Below, one piece after another: positions 46,850 to 57,262 of a DNA stretch of 64,000 nt. Positions within the stretch are counted from its first letter, which is position 1. Every line of letters starts with the position of its first letter. The stretch is taken from the IMG/VR virus record IMGVR_UViG_3300012933_000135. One strand, written 5' to 3'. Below the pieces are notes generated by a model. The model ran no database searches and was not told the origin of the DNA. It worked only from the letters and a program-made list of their open reading frames with translations. The stretch is from an uncultured virus (IMG/VR IMGVR_UViG_3300012933_000135). Taxonomy: Duplodnaviria; Heunggongvirae; Uroviricota; Caudoviricetes. The position numbers and the translations under genes were made by a program.

Positions 46850-47407
46850 CGTCTCACATATTACATTCATCTGCACCACAATTGCCACAGCGTAAGCAAT
46901 CGCATGTGACTTCTTAAAGAAGTACTCATCACCATCTGGTTTTACCCAAACGTCTTCCTCCACTTTTTTCCACTCTTGTCCTATCAAATAACGCTTTGCT
47001 GGACGGATCATTGCTAATACCGCAGCTAGTTGTTCCACGCTCTGCGGCTTCATTTCTCTCAAGATTGATCCGTGCCCGTTCACGTGAAACAGTTTTTCCG
47101 TAAAGTCGTCTTCTAGTAGTAGATCCCATAGTGGTTCTGTTTCCATTAATCTAATCAAGTGTGCTTCGTCTTTCACATCCTTGTACACGCTTACATTCAG
47201 AAAGTCTACTTTGAAGTATCCTCTGCTCTCAGCTTCTTTGTATTCGATTGTGCTTAACCCGGTAGTCGGATTGTACGGGATAGAAGTTAAGTACACACCG
47301 GAATTGTGCTTTTTAAAAGTTCCATTATCGCCCATAGATGCAGTAACATGCTTGAGCTTGTTTAATGCGATTGTTCTATCAGCAAAGTCAATATCGATAT
47401 CAGGCAT
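46829..47407 (-). CDS. Miniature DNA polymerase III alpha (DnaE)-like protein
   Basis: MPDIDIDF, H.SGVY, KVDFL, LA..LA.IRP, YFFKKSHA.AY in only about 192 aa. Confidence 0.8.
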   Translation of the reverse strand: MPDIDIDFADRTIALNKLKHVTASMGDNGTFKKHNSGVYLTSIPYNPTTGLSTIEYKEAESRGYFKVDFLNVSVYKDVKDEAHLIRLMETEPLWDLLLEDDFTEKLFHVNGHGSILREMKPQSVEQLAAVLAMIRPAKRYLIGQEWKKVEEDVWVKPDGDEYFFKKSHAIAYAVAIVVQMNVICETLFTTSD

Positions 47408-47588
47408 TACCGCCCTCCCATTGGTCAACTTTCCGCCAACTGTGTTTTCCTTCAGTTGCGTATCCTAAATAAACTTCACCAGTTTCTTTATCAACTAACA
47501 TCCACTTCTCTGGACATTTAGTATACACTGTAAGGGTAATAGGCATCGCAAGCTCTTCTACTTGTGAACCATCTACTAATTTTCTCAT
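47400..47588 (-). CDS. Hypothetical protein
   Basis: TKCPEKW.LVD.ETGEVY. Confidence 0.55.
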   Translation of the reverse strand: MRKLVDGSQVEELAMPITLTVYTKCPEKWMLVDKETGEVYLGYATEGKHSWRKVDQWEGGNA

Positions 47589-48286
47589 AGGTTAGATTCC
47601 TTTACTACTTCCTTAACTAGCGATACGTCTGATGATTGTCTTTTAAATTTATTAACCCAGAACGGAGGATCAATTTGTTGAGCAATAGCATTTAACTGTT
47701 CGTCAGCAAGTCTGCTTAACAACTTCTTTCCATTAGTTGAATTAAGAATAACCCAAGGGCTAACTTTACCATCACGGATATCAAACGTTGCGCGATTCAA
47801 ACTTACATATGAGAAATAATGATTCCATTCTGCGTTGTTATCTTCACCCCATTTAATCATATGCTTGATACTTCTCTCAAGCGCAGTTTCGACAGCCTCA
47901 GTCTTAATCAAGTCTAATACATATTTGTCATATAGTTCATCACGACACCAGTGATCCAGCTTAACTCCGCTAGTGACCACAAAGTCGATAAACCTATCAG
48001 GATATAATGGATTAACGTTAGACACAAAGCTACCAAACTTAACAAAAGCATTGTAATAAGGACTCCTTGCAAAGTCGTCATAAGTTTTATCTGTTTTGGC
48101 ATTTTGTGTCTTCCTGTAAAAACGATTATACGTGTCATACCCTAGAACAACATGCTTTTCAGATTTTGCCAATGCTCTACGTTTTTGCTCGCAGACATGT
48201 ACAATCAAGGTTTTTTCTTTTGTAAAACCGTGACCACAATGTTCGCATGTATATGGTTTAGCTGCTGTTTTCAACGATAGTATCAC
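47585..48286 (-). CDS. Hypothetical protein with N-terminal zinc finger
   Basis: CEHC...F..E.TL..H.C. Confidence 0.6.
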   Translation of the reverse strand: MILSLKTAAKPYTCEHCGHGFTKEKTLIVHVCEQKRRALAKSEKHVVLGYDTYNRFYRKTQNAKTDKTYDDFARSPYYNAFVKFGSFVSNVNPLYPDRFIDFVVTSGVKLDHWCRDELYDKYVLDLIKTEAVETALERSIKHMIKWGEDNNAEWNHYFSYVSLNRATFDIRDGKVSPWVILNSTNGKKLLSRLADEQLNAIAQQIDPPFWVNKFKRQSSDVSLVKEVVKESNL

Positions 48287-48753
48287 TTCAATCTCTTTGC
48301 AATTTCTGCTTCTTCCATACCGTGTGTTCGACAAAGTTCTTTTACTTCTTTATCAGTAACTAGTTCACTTAGCATTTCTACTTCGTCTTGTTTCTTATTA
48401 GGATAAATGTCTAGCAATAATTTTACTCGCTTGTTATTGCCGACTTTCTTTTTGTGTCCGATCCATTCATGGTACATAATCTTTTTAGAATCATTACTGC
48501 ACATACACAATAGTTGCCACAACAATTTAGGATGCTTGTTTAAGTTGTAAAAATTCTTATTGAAGTATTCATTAACTGCTAGAACATGATGTTCGGCTAA
48601 GTCTCTGTTGGTAGTTCGAACAGCACTCATATACCGATTGAGCAAGAAGAACGCTACGCTCTTTCTTTGCTCATCTGTTAACTCATCCCATACATCTTTG
48701 GCTCCGCAATCAAGTGCTCCAAGTATGTCTTTCAGTTCTAGCTTATCACTCAT
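48283..48753 (-). CDS. Putative clamp-loader small subunit (gp62-like)
   Basis: F.LNRYMS...VNE...HPKL.W...WI pattern; replication context. Confidence 0.55.
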   Translation of the reverse strand: MSDKLELKDILGALDCGAKDVWDELTDEQRKSVAFFLLNRYMSAVRTTNRDLAEHHVLAVNEYFNKNFYNLNKHPKLLWQLLCMCSNDSKKIMYHEWIGHKKKVGNNKRVKLLLDIYPNKKQDEVEMLSELVTDKEVKELCRTHGMEEAEIAKRLK

Positions 48754-49007
48754 ATTTTATCTTTGCTTAATTTATAAAGCATTATAACACGATCTAATGC
48801 AAGTTGTAAAGCAGGATTGGTTTTTGCAGCTCGATGAATTTCGCCCCACATCTTACCTTCAACAATATGATCAACTAATGGGCGTCCGTCCAATGTTCGG
48901 TAATCCCAGCCAATTGGTTTGCGTTCACCCGTTTCTATATCAGTTGCAAATGTCACACTGCCTTCTTTCTCGTACATGTAAGTTGCTCCTGGTCTAAGTT
49001 GTCCCAT
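48750..49007 (-). CDS. Hypothetical protein
   Basis: W..I...A..NPALQ.AL. Confidence 0.55.
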   Translation of the reverse strand: MGQLRPGATYMYEKEGSVTFATDIETGERKPIGWDYRTLDGRPLVDHIVEGKMWGEIHRAAKTNPALQLALDRVIMLYKLSKDKI

Positions 49008-49008
49008 A

Positions 49009-49626
49009 TTAATCCTTTGGCATCAATCGTGCGTCAAATGCTAGTACTGTTCTAGTTCCAGTGCCATGCCAAGGATAAACAGTATGTGGTAAATGGCTTG
49101 GAAATACAATTAGTGTCCCAGGTTCGGGCGTATACTTCCAAGTGTCAGTCATCATGAACTTTGTTACATCTCTAGTCTGTGGTAGTCGGAATAATACTTG
49201 TCCGTCCGATGGAGAACTACCGTCGTCTAATTGTGGTGCGCTTACATAGATGTTTCCGCTGATATTACCGACTGGGTGTGTATGCATCTCTTGGTAGTCG
49301 CCGGCTGTTTGTCTGATAGTCCAAATACTTGCGACTACTGGCTTGCAATATTTTAAATCCTCAGTACCAGACTGCTGAGAAATTAATTCCATGTAACCCT
49401 GGCATGCTGTTTCTAACCATTTAACTAGCCAACTAACATCTAAGTTTAACTCATTAGGATAAACTTGTATTTGCTGTCCTCCTCTGATACTGATTAGAGG
49501 ATTTTTTGCATCGTTAAGTTCCGGATGACTGTGCAAGTTTTCTACTAGGTTAAAAATCTTACTAAATTCAACAGGCGGAACGTTGTCTACTGCGATGACT
49601 GTTGGTTGAAAATATGCTACTTTCAT
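49009..49626 (-). CDS. Putative 2OG-Fe(II) oxygenase
   Basis: HTH...SG..Y...FPS.L.H.V...R.VLAF. Confidence 0.8.
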   Translation of the reverse strand: MKVAYFQPTVIAVDNVPPVEFSKIFNLVENLHSHPELNDAKNPLISIRGGQQIQVYPNELNLDVSWLVKWLETACQGYMELISQQSGTEDLKYCKPVVASIWTIRQTAGDYQEMHTHPVGNISGNIYVSAPQLDDGSSPSDGQVLFRLPQTRDVTKFMMTDTWKYTPEPGTLIVFPSHLPHTVYPWHGTGTRTVLAFDARLMPKD

Positions 49627-50216
49627 TATGTTATGTCCTTAAGGATTGTAGTGTTAAACGCTACAGAAATTCTTTCTACGTTGTCTTTGTTTGGGCCCAC
49701 AGTGTGCGGCAAGTAACTAGGCCATATTAATACAGTTCCTTCAATAGGATTCACTTCGATTGTTTCGGAAAAGAAATGATTGCGTTCAGGGCAAACATTA
49801 AACCCTTCCCACAAGTGTATTGGTGCTGGATTTGTCAAATACAACTGTCCGCTGCCTGTAGGAACTTGGACATAGAATGTGCCTGATAATACTCCGCCAT
49901 GAATGTGTTGAAGATTAAATGCACCCTGTGTATCGTTAATGTTAATCCACGATTCCATTATAGTTAGTACGCCACGCATGCCAATTGATTCCGCTGCTTG
50001 ATTTACTTGCAGCGTGATATAATCAAATAGCTTCTTAAACTCTGGTTGCTGATGCACTAGCGTAGAACTATGCTTACCTGCAACATTTGAACGAGTGAGT
50101 TGCGGGTTCTTACTAACATAGTTTTTCATCTTGGTAACGAGATCATCTTTTTCAAGAGCGTACTCAGGATACACATCGTCCCAGATTGGAACCGTAAATA
50201 ACGAACTAGGTGTCAT
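49626..50216 (-). CDS. Putative 2OG-Fe(II) oxygenase (TIGR02466-like)
   Basis: W.N.N...N..HIH...LSG.FY...WPSYL.H.V..N...RISVAFN. Confidence 0.82.
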   Translation of the reverse strand: MTPSSLFTVPIWDDVYPEYALEKDDLVTKMKNYVSKNPQLTRSNVAGKHSSTLVHQQPEFKKLFDYITLQVNQAAESIGMRGVLTIMESWININDTQGAFNLQHIHGGVLSGTFYVQVPTGSGQLYLTNPAPIHLWEGFNVCPERNHFFSETIEVNPIEGTVLIWPSYLPHTVGPNKDNVERISVAFNTTILKDIT

Positions 50217-50719
50217 AGTATTCTATCTAAATGAATAATTTCGCTTTGTCTGCTAATTTCTTTTACAAAATAGGCGCAATTAGGTTTCTTTCCTTCTGAT
50301 AGCGGAGTTGCTAATAACTGGCCGGCTCGCATCTTTGGGAAGTACCATTTAACATCACTGTAGAAGTTTACGATCTCAATCTTCTTAAATTCAACCCTAA
50401 AGCTGCTTAGTGGATTAAAGATTAATGCTTCAAAACCTCTGTCATTTAGACTTGTTAGTGGAAGAATTTCAATGTCGCTTGCGCAACTACTATCTCCAAC
50501 TGCAATACTCCAATCAATAGGCATAGTAACTTCTTCGTCGCCGATTTTAAGAACCATTGCAGGCGCATTAAAACTTTCTAAAAAGATTAATGGCATGAAG
50601 AAAAAGTCAGGCTCTTTAGCATCACTGTTATCTAGTACTGCGAATCTAGTGCTTTCGTCTACTTCGTCTGGTAAATTGTTTAATGAAAAATATTCATTAT
50701 CTAACGTTAAAATTTGCAT
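50213..50719 (-). CDS. Conserved hypothetical protein
   Basis: ORF track; downstream of the UvsW-like gene. Confidence 0.6.
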   Translation of the reverse strand: MQILTLDNEYFSLNNLPDEVDESTRFAVLDNSDAKEPDFFFMPLIFLESFNAPAMVLKIGDEEVTMPIDWSIAVGDSSCASDIEILPLTSLNDRGFEALIFNPLSSFRVEFKKIEIVNFYSDVKWYFPKMRAGQLLATPLSEGKKPNCAYFVKEISRQSEIIHLDRIL

Positions 50720-50725
50720 GTATAA

Positions 50726-52195
50726 TTATTTTCGCCAATCTATCTTATCAATCGTGAATGGATATTTGGCATCCTTGTAAAATTTCTTTCTCTCTGTAAG
50801 ATGCCGCTTGGCATACTTACAAGTGCTTGTGATATCCCAAATTTGAACAAAGTCTTTGTCTTGGGCTTTTCTAATGCCTCGACCGATACTTTGAATAACT
50901 CGAGTAAAGCTCTTTCCGGATTCTAAGAGAACTAAATTAAAAATACGAGGAATGTTAATACCTACCGCAGCTACACCATATGTTGCTACAATAATTTTAT
51001 TAGTACTGGTTTTAACTTCGTCATACTCATCTTTTCGGTCCTTGGTTTTAACCTCACCGGAAATAAAGACACTATCTTCTATTTCGTTTACTAAAAATTT
51101 GCCTGAGTCAATTCTATTAACTAGAACTAATGTATTGCCTGTTTCGGATATTTTTTTGATTAATTTTGAGATGTATATCATCCTGTCTTCGTCGGTGACA
51201 AGATATTTTAATTCGTCTGAGTATGCTTTAAATTCAAGTGTATCAATTAGTTGAGCAACGTTCACATGACAGTTACTTAATACACCTGCTGCTTGTAATT
51301 CGTGTGCAGAAATTCCACCTACTACTGGCCCAATGGATGCAAAGATGCTTTCTGATTCAAACTTTTCTTTAGGCACTGTGCCTGTCAATCCCCAACGAAT
51401 TGCTGCATTGCATAAGTTTTGAGTCAACAAATTCTTTAGCACTTCGGCTTTAGCCATATGTACTTCGTCAACAATAACAGTCTTAACACCGTCAAGAAAT
51501 TGTGCTAGAGTTAAGATGTCTTCCTCTGCATTTTTACTTTTCTTATCTAGGATGTTGAGACTTTGCCATGTGCAAATAGTATGCGTCTTGTTTAGATCTT
51601 TTCGATCTCCGTAGTATACTCCGACATCTAAATCAACGTTGACAAAATCTTCTTCAGTTTGTTCAACAAGACTTTTGTTAGGAACGATTGTAATTGTACG
51701 ACCGTATTTTTCTGCAAGTTGACTTAATGTTGCAGTAGTAATAGTCTTACCTGCACCAGTTGCAATTTCTTGTAATGCTTGTGGATTTTCAAGGAACTTA
51801 TTAATTGCTTCAACTTGGTAGTCTCGCAACATAATAGGCTTGCCTTCATCTGGATGACCTTTAGGCCATACCTTTCCTTGGTCTTTCCAGTAGTTCTCGT
51901 CAACAGGATCGAACTCAATCTTTTGTGTAGTACGTAAGTCGTCAAAGTCATCTACACGGATTTTCATCCCAGCTAGAATAGTGAGAATTTGCTCCAACTG
52001 ACTTAGATAACCAGTGCCGCCAATTCCGAACAAACTTACGCAACCATCCCAACGTCCTAACTTATATGCCGGATGATACCTTGCGTATGGAATTTCATAC
52101 TTAAATGCGTTCGCTAACTTTTTGCGAGCCTCTAGGGGCAAGTTTTCAAATTTTATGTTAACTTCGTCTTTAATAACGAGTCTTACTGAAGCCAT
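50726..52195 (-). CDS. uvsW: UvsW-like superfamily 2 DNA helicase
   Basis: RDYQ, ATGAGKT, DEVH, GLTGT, QSIGRG.R. Confidence 0.88.
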   Translation of the reverse strand: MASVRLVIKDEVNIKFENLPLEARKKLANAFKYEIPYARYHPAYKLGRWDGCVSLFGIGGTGYLSQLEQILTILAGMKIRVDDFDDLRTTQKIEFDPVDENYWKDQGKVWPKGHPDEGKPIMLRDYQVEAINKFLENPQALQEIATGAGKTITTATLSQLAEKYGRTITIVPNKSLVEQTEEDFVNVDLDVGVYYGDRKDLNKTHTICTWQSLNILDKKSKNAEEDILTLAQFLDGVKTVIVDEVHMAKAEVLKNLLTQNLCNAAIRWGLTGTVPKEKFESESIFASIGPVVGGISAHELQAAGVLSNCHVNVAQLIDTLEFKAYSDELKYLVTDEDRMIYISKLIKKISETGNTLVLVNRIDSGKFLVNEIEDSVFISGEVKTKDRKDEYDEVKTSTNKIIVATYGVAAVGINIPRIFNLVLLESGKSFTRVIQSIGRGIRKAQDKDFVQIWDITSTCKYAKRHLTERKKFYKDAKYPFTIDKIDWRK

Positions 52196-53370
52196 ATATT
52201 CTTATATTCCATTAATGATTCCGTCGGAGTGTAGTCAATGATTAAATCACATGCACTTGCATACACTGCGGTCTTGCTATGTTTTAATTTTGTTCCAATC
52301 GAAATCACACTCATTGGTTTCCATGTATTTTGAAGGAAAAATTTCGGTAATTTTCCAGCTGATACTCCTGCAAACTCAGTAGTGTTATCTAAGTTTTTAT
52401 TGTATTTTTTATCTGCAATAATTTTGTTAAATTCGCCGCCCTCTTTATTATCTAACCTAAAATAAATTCCAACGCTGTTTTCACGGTTTAGCAATTCCAG
52501 TGATTTTTCCAGTTTTTTCAGGTTTTCAAGTGATAATTTTGCCGAGTAGCTATCGAACACTACTAACAATGGCAACCGGTTTAAATTTATTAATTCTTCA
52601 ATGACAGATTCAAGTTGATACTCGTTACTGTTGATCCACACGTTCGCATTAGACCTATTCGTGATCAAGGATTTTAGTGATTTTTCCGGATTTTCTTGGT
52701 TTTTCACAAAGTACTGATAACGCACACTTCTGTCACGCACTATTGCTTCGTCAGCTTCTGATAAATTTCCAATATTTGCAGTTAGGTGGTTAAAGAGGTT
52801 ACCTTCACTCAAATTTTCAAAGTTGTACTTGGCCGAAATTTCTGAAATTTCCCATGATTTTATAGTGTCATAGTATGACTTTACTGCATCTTGAATATCA
52901 AAGTTATATCCCTCGATTGCCTGTAGCAATGTTACGATATTTTTCTCTGTTAGCATTGTTGTAAAGACTCTGCCGTTACCAGATGCAAGTCCACCAATCA
53001 ACTCTTTGTCAAGGCTATTAACAATTTTTCGAATTCCAGCGTTAAATGCAAACTCAATGGCTAGCACTAACTCACCTTCATGATCTTTCCCAACAAAAAC
53101 TTTGCGAGTCTGGTCAACTTTTCTAAATGGATTAGACCAAATAGGTGTAGCAATGAAAGTGGGAATATGACTGTTAACTTGTGTTAAATGTTGCTGATTT
53201 TCAGTCATGATTTTTAGGAGCAACTTAGCTTGATTTTCAGTGATGAACTTTCCGCTACCGATAATAGTAGATAAGCTCTTGAGAATCTTGATATCTCTAC
53301 CATGGATGTCTTTAGGTAGGTTATCGAATCCGTATTTTTGAATTTCTAAAAGTATTGTATCAACGTTCAT
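52183..53370 (-). CDS. Hypothetical protein
   Basis: ORF track; preceded by TTGCTC N17 TATAAT. Confidence 0.6.
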   Translation of the reverse strand: MNVDTILLEIQKYGFDNLPKDIHGRDIKILKSLSTIIGSGKFITENQAKLLLKIMTENQQHLTQVNSHIPTFIATPIWSNPFRKVDQTRKVFVGKDHEGELVLAIEFAFNAGIRKIVNSLDKELIGGLASGNGRVFTTMLTEKNIVTLLQAIEGYNFDIQDAVKSYYDTIKSWEISEISAKYNFENLSEGNLFNHLTANIGNLSEADEAIVRDRSVRYQYFVKNQENPEKSLKSLITNRSNANVWINSNEYQLESVIEELINLNRLPLLVVFDSYSAKLSLENLKKLEKSLELLNRENSVGIYFRLDNKEGGEFNKIIADKKYNKNLDNTTEFAGVSAGKLPKFFLQNTWKPMSVISIGTKLKHSKTAVYASACDLIIDYTPTESLMEYKNIWLQ

Positions 53371-53413
53371 GCTGTATTATAAGTTATTTTTCTACAAAGA
53401 GCAAGCATATAGA

Positions 53414-53448
53414 AAAAAATAGGCCTCAATATTATTTAAGGCCTATTA
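53414..53448 (-). terminator. Intrinsic terminator after the uvsY-like gene
   Basis: AATAGGCCT...AGGCCTATT with T-run on the minus strand. Confidence 0.7.
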
Positions 53449-53469
53449 GCTGCCGATTGGGCGAATTGA

Positions 53470-53925
53470 TCAAAGAGTGGAGTCTTCCATACCAGCTACT
53501 CTGAGTTTAACTACGTTTGTAATTTGCCATTGCTTCTGATCAAGTGCCTTGGTTATGCCTAACCACTTGTTCCTTAACAAGGCAAACTCGTTAATAATCT
53601 TCTCAAAGTCTACCACATCAGCTTCGCCATCGACATAACGTTCAACGTCACGTGACGACAATGCTCGTTGGTAGTTTTCTAAGTATCGTCTAAAATGTTG
53701 GCTACGTAATCTACGTAATTCAATGTTGAGATATTCTAATATTGCTTCAATTTCTTGCAATTGGTTAAATCTATGTTCAACAACGCCTGGCATCGAAGCC
53801 GCGGCTTTCTCGACGTTACCTGTTAGCTTAACTTCTTGTCTCGCGGCAAGCAATTCAATTTCGTAGAAATTAACGGCTGTCGGAATATTAGAAATATCTT
53901 TTGCAATGTCAGAATACCAACCCAT
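53470..53925 (-). CDS. uvsY: Recombination mediator UvsY-like
   Basis: Helical protein with YVDGE.D...K.L..K.WQI.N; in the uvsX operon. Confidence 0.7.
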   Translation of the reverse strand: MGWYSDIAKDISNIPTAVNFYEIELLAARQEVKLTGNVEKAAASMPGVVEHRFNQLQEIEAILEYLNIELRRLRSQHFRRYLENYQRALSSRDVERYVDGEADVVDFEKIINEFALLRNKWLGITKALDQKQWQITNVVKLRVAGMEDSTL

Positions 53926-54161
53926 TAGAACTCCAGTTCGTCGTAATCGTCATCATCCTCGGCTTCTTCGTCTTCTAAGTAGTAAGCAATCGCAGTATCG
54001 AGTACGTCATCGTGTCCGCTGGCGCCTCCTAATACTTGATCGCTTGCTCCAAAGTCGGCTAGCAAGTCTACATAGCGTTCTGCTACTGTTTCAATTTGTT
54101 TCTTGTCTAGATATTCACTAAACATAATCCAAACATCTGCTATTTGTGTCTCATTCAACAT
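53925..54161 (-). CDS. Small acidic hypothetical protein
   Basis: ORF track; D/E tail. Confidence 0.55.
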   Translation of the reverse strand: MLNETQIADVWIMFSEYLDKKQIETVAERYVDLLADFGASDQVLGGASGHDDVLDTAIAYYLEDEEAEDDDDYDELEF

Positions 54162-55206
54162 TCTCGTCTGTCTCCTCAGGAATGGTAGTTGGGGTAGTTA
54201 CTAAATGAAATTTATTCATTATCATATCTAATTTATCATCTTTCCATTCCTTGCGATAGAATTTGAATTCTTCACCAGTCTCGGGATCAATCCAAGCAAG
54301 ACGGTTGCCTGACTGCTTTAATAGACCTTGTTTCTCAAACATATCAACTAAACCACTGTAGGGATTCATACCTGTTGAGTATGGAATCTTAATCTGCAAT
54401 GTTTCGAATGGCTTTGAATAACGTGTCTTCATGATCTTGCATGAAGCACGAATACCATTTACTTCTGATACCTTGTTACCATCTTCGTCTTCTTTCAACT
54501 TCAATTTCTTCATAGCAACTACGATTGAAGAAGCATAAACGAAGCCTTGTCCACCTGAGATTTTGTCATCTGGGTCGAACATGTCTTGGCTTGCGTATGT
54601 GTGGTTAGTACATACCATTCCAACATTATGATTACCAAACATGTTAACACAGTTACGAACTAATGAGGTTAATGCTTTTGGCTTACGACCCATATCACCT
54701 TTCATATCACCAGCTTGGAACTGGTTAATGTCAGTTGGAGTAAGCAACATACCTAGTGAGTCAATAACAAACATGACCTTAGGACGATTTTCCATTACTT
54801 TGTACTCTGACATAAATTCATGAATTGTTTTAGCAACATCATCAATCATAGCCATGTTGAGTTTAAGCAACTTGTCTTCATGTGTATCAACACCAAGGTC
54901 TTTCAACCATTGTTCGTCAAGTGCGTTTTCTGTATCAACTAAGATACAATAGATACCTTGTGCTTGGGCATTCTTAATGATGTTTCCAGAACAAATGTAA
55001 CTCTTACCAGCGCCTGATTCGCCAGCAAATACAGTAACCTTACCCAAAGGAATCCCTTTGTTCCAGTCACCTGAGATTAGGTAGTTTAGAGCATAGTTAC
55101 CTGTGCTAACCCAATCTGTTGGGTCATTAAACCCAATGCCTAGACCGTCAATACTTTTGGTCAAGGTCTTACGAAATTTCGATAAATCGAAGGCTTTTGT
55201 AGCCAT
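54151..55206 (-). CDS. uvsX: RecA-like recombinase UvsX
   Basis: GESGAGKS, DTENA, IDSLG, GDMG, SGG.G..YASS. Confidence 0.92.
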   Translation of the reverse strand: MATKAFDLSKFRKTLTKSIDGLGIGFNDPTDWVSTGNYALNYLISGDWNKGIPLGKVTVFAGESGAGKSYICSGNIIKNAQAQGIYCILVDTENALDEQWLKDLGVDTHEDKLLKLNMAMIDDVAKTIHEFMSEYKVMENRPKVMFVIDSLGMLLTPTDINQFQAGDMKGDMGRKPKALTSLVRNCVNMFGNHNVGMVCTNHTYASQDMFDPDDKISGGQGFVYASSIVVAMKKLKLKEDEDGNKVSEVNGIRASCKIMKTRYSKPFETLQIKIPYSTGMNPYSGLVDMFEKQGLLKQSGNRLAWIDPETGEEFKFYRKEWKDDKLDMIMNKFHLVTTPTTIPEETDENVE

Positions 55207-55255
55207 ATTGGTTTCTCCTAAATGAATGTAAGGGACCGGAGTCCCTTACGTGTGC

Positions 55256-56239
55256 TTACTTCTGACGATTACGAATCATTGCCAAGATGTCTTGTGCGCG
55301 GCTGTCGCCACCTGTAGACTCTTGTGCGGCTGGTTCTGCCGCTGGTGCTGCCTGACGTGCAGGAGCTGGTTCGTCATCATAGTCAGTACTTGCGGATGGC
55401 GCAGGTGCTGCTCTAGGAGTTGCTGGCTTTTGTGGATCGCCAGTGTTCTGGCTCATGCCAGCTGGTTTGAAGTATTGACCCCAACGTTCCATATCAAACG
55501 CTTCACCGTCAACTGATGCTTCAAACATTTCTTTCATAACTTTTACTTCAACATCAGTTGGCTTCTTTGGTAAGAAGTCTGACAAGTTGAACAAGCCATG
55601 TTGCTTGATTGCTGCGTTTTCAACATCGCTCAATGGACGTTCACGACGGCCCCAGCTTGAAGTTGAGTAGTCAGCATAACCGCCTTTTGAACCCTTCTTC
55701 AAACGGAAGTCTAGTCCGTGCAAGAAGTCAGTTGGCAAGTCTTCCAACTCTGGATCAACAAGTGCTGAACGGATAAGTTGGAAAATCTGTGGTCCGATGA
55801 TGAATCTACGGATTGGATTTTCGCCTGAGTTTTCTTCTTTCAAACCGTCTTCTGCTACGAAGCCTTGGAAGATGTAAGAACGCTTCTTCCAGTATTTACG
55901 ACCCATATCTTCTAATGCCGGGTCTTTAAACCAAGCACGTACTTCAGATAGGATTGGACAAGTATCACCGTACATTTCCATGCATGGTACTTGAACGATT
56001 GCTGGTTTGCTTTCTGTTTGACCTTTGATACCTGCGAAAGGTAGTTTGATCATTGCACGTTCAACCCAGAAAAATGTGTTATCTGTGTTGCCGTCGGGTA
56101 AGAATCGAACGAGTGATTCTTGGCCTTCTTTTAAGTTCCAGAACGGATAAATTGAATTATCTCCGCCTGTCTTGTTGTCGCCGCTAGTGCGTGTTTCTGA
56201 TTCTTTGAGCTTCGCTCTGATTTCTGCTAAAGTTGCCAT
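55256..56239 (-). CDS. Single-stranded DNA-binding protein (T4 gp32-like)
   Basis: RFLP...C......CP...K.YW.K...G.DF...K...GGYADY..S; upstream of uvsX. Confidence 0.85.
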   Translation of the reverse strand: MATLAEIRAKLKESETRTSGDNKTGGDNSIYPFWNLKEGQESLVRFLPDGNTDNTFFWVERAMIKLPFAGIKGQTESKPAIVQVPCMEMYGDTCPILSEVRAWFKDPALEDMGRKYWKKRSYIFQGFVAEDGLKEENSGENPIRRFIIGPQIFQLIRSALVDPELEDLPTDFLHGLDFRLKKGSKGGYADYSTSSWGRRERPLSDVENAAIKQHGLFNLSDFLPKKPTDVEVKVMKEMFEASVDGEAFDMERWGQYFKPAGMSQNTGDPQKPATPRAAPAPSASTDYDDEPAPARQAAPAAEPAAQESTGGDSRAQDILAMIRNRQK

Positions 56240-56246
56240 AATAGTT

Positions 56247-56357
56247 CTCCTGTAATATGCCTTTATGTGCTTTAATTTGCCTTAATATCTGTTTAGGATC
56301 TACCTAAACAAAAAAGCGCATACATGTTATTGTATACGCTTTTATTTAGTATTGCAA
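56247..56357 (-). promoter_or_regulatory. SSB leader: dual promoter, hairpins and four 10-nt tandem repeats abutting the SD
   Basis: TTGCAA N17 TACAAT (56357-56329), TAAATA (56348-56343), stem TGTTTAGG/CCTAAACA, repeats ATTAAGGCAA/ATTAAAGCAC/ATAAAGGCAT/ATTACAGGAG. Confidence 0.7.
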
Positions 56358-56398
56358 GAGAAATCTTGCTTTAAATGTGAGTTTTTTAGCCGTTTTGA

Positions 56399-57251
<853 letters not shown>

Positions 57252-57262
<11 letters not shown>

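Noticed and set aside
50213..50719. Possible Hint/intein-like fold
   Set aside because: Only a vague beta-pattern resemblance; no N-terminal Cys/Ser, TxxH or terminal HN motifs
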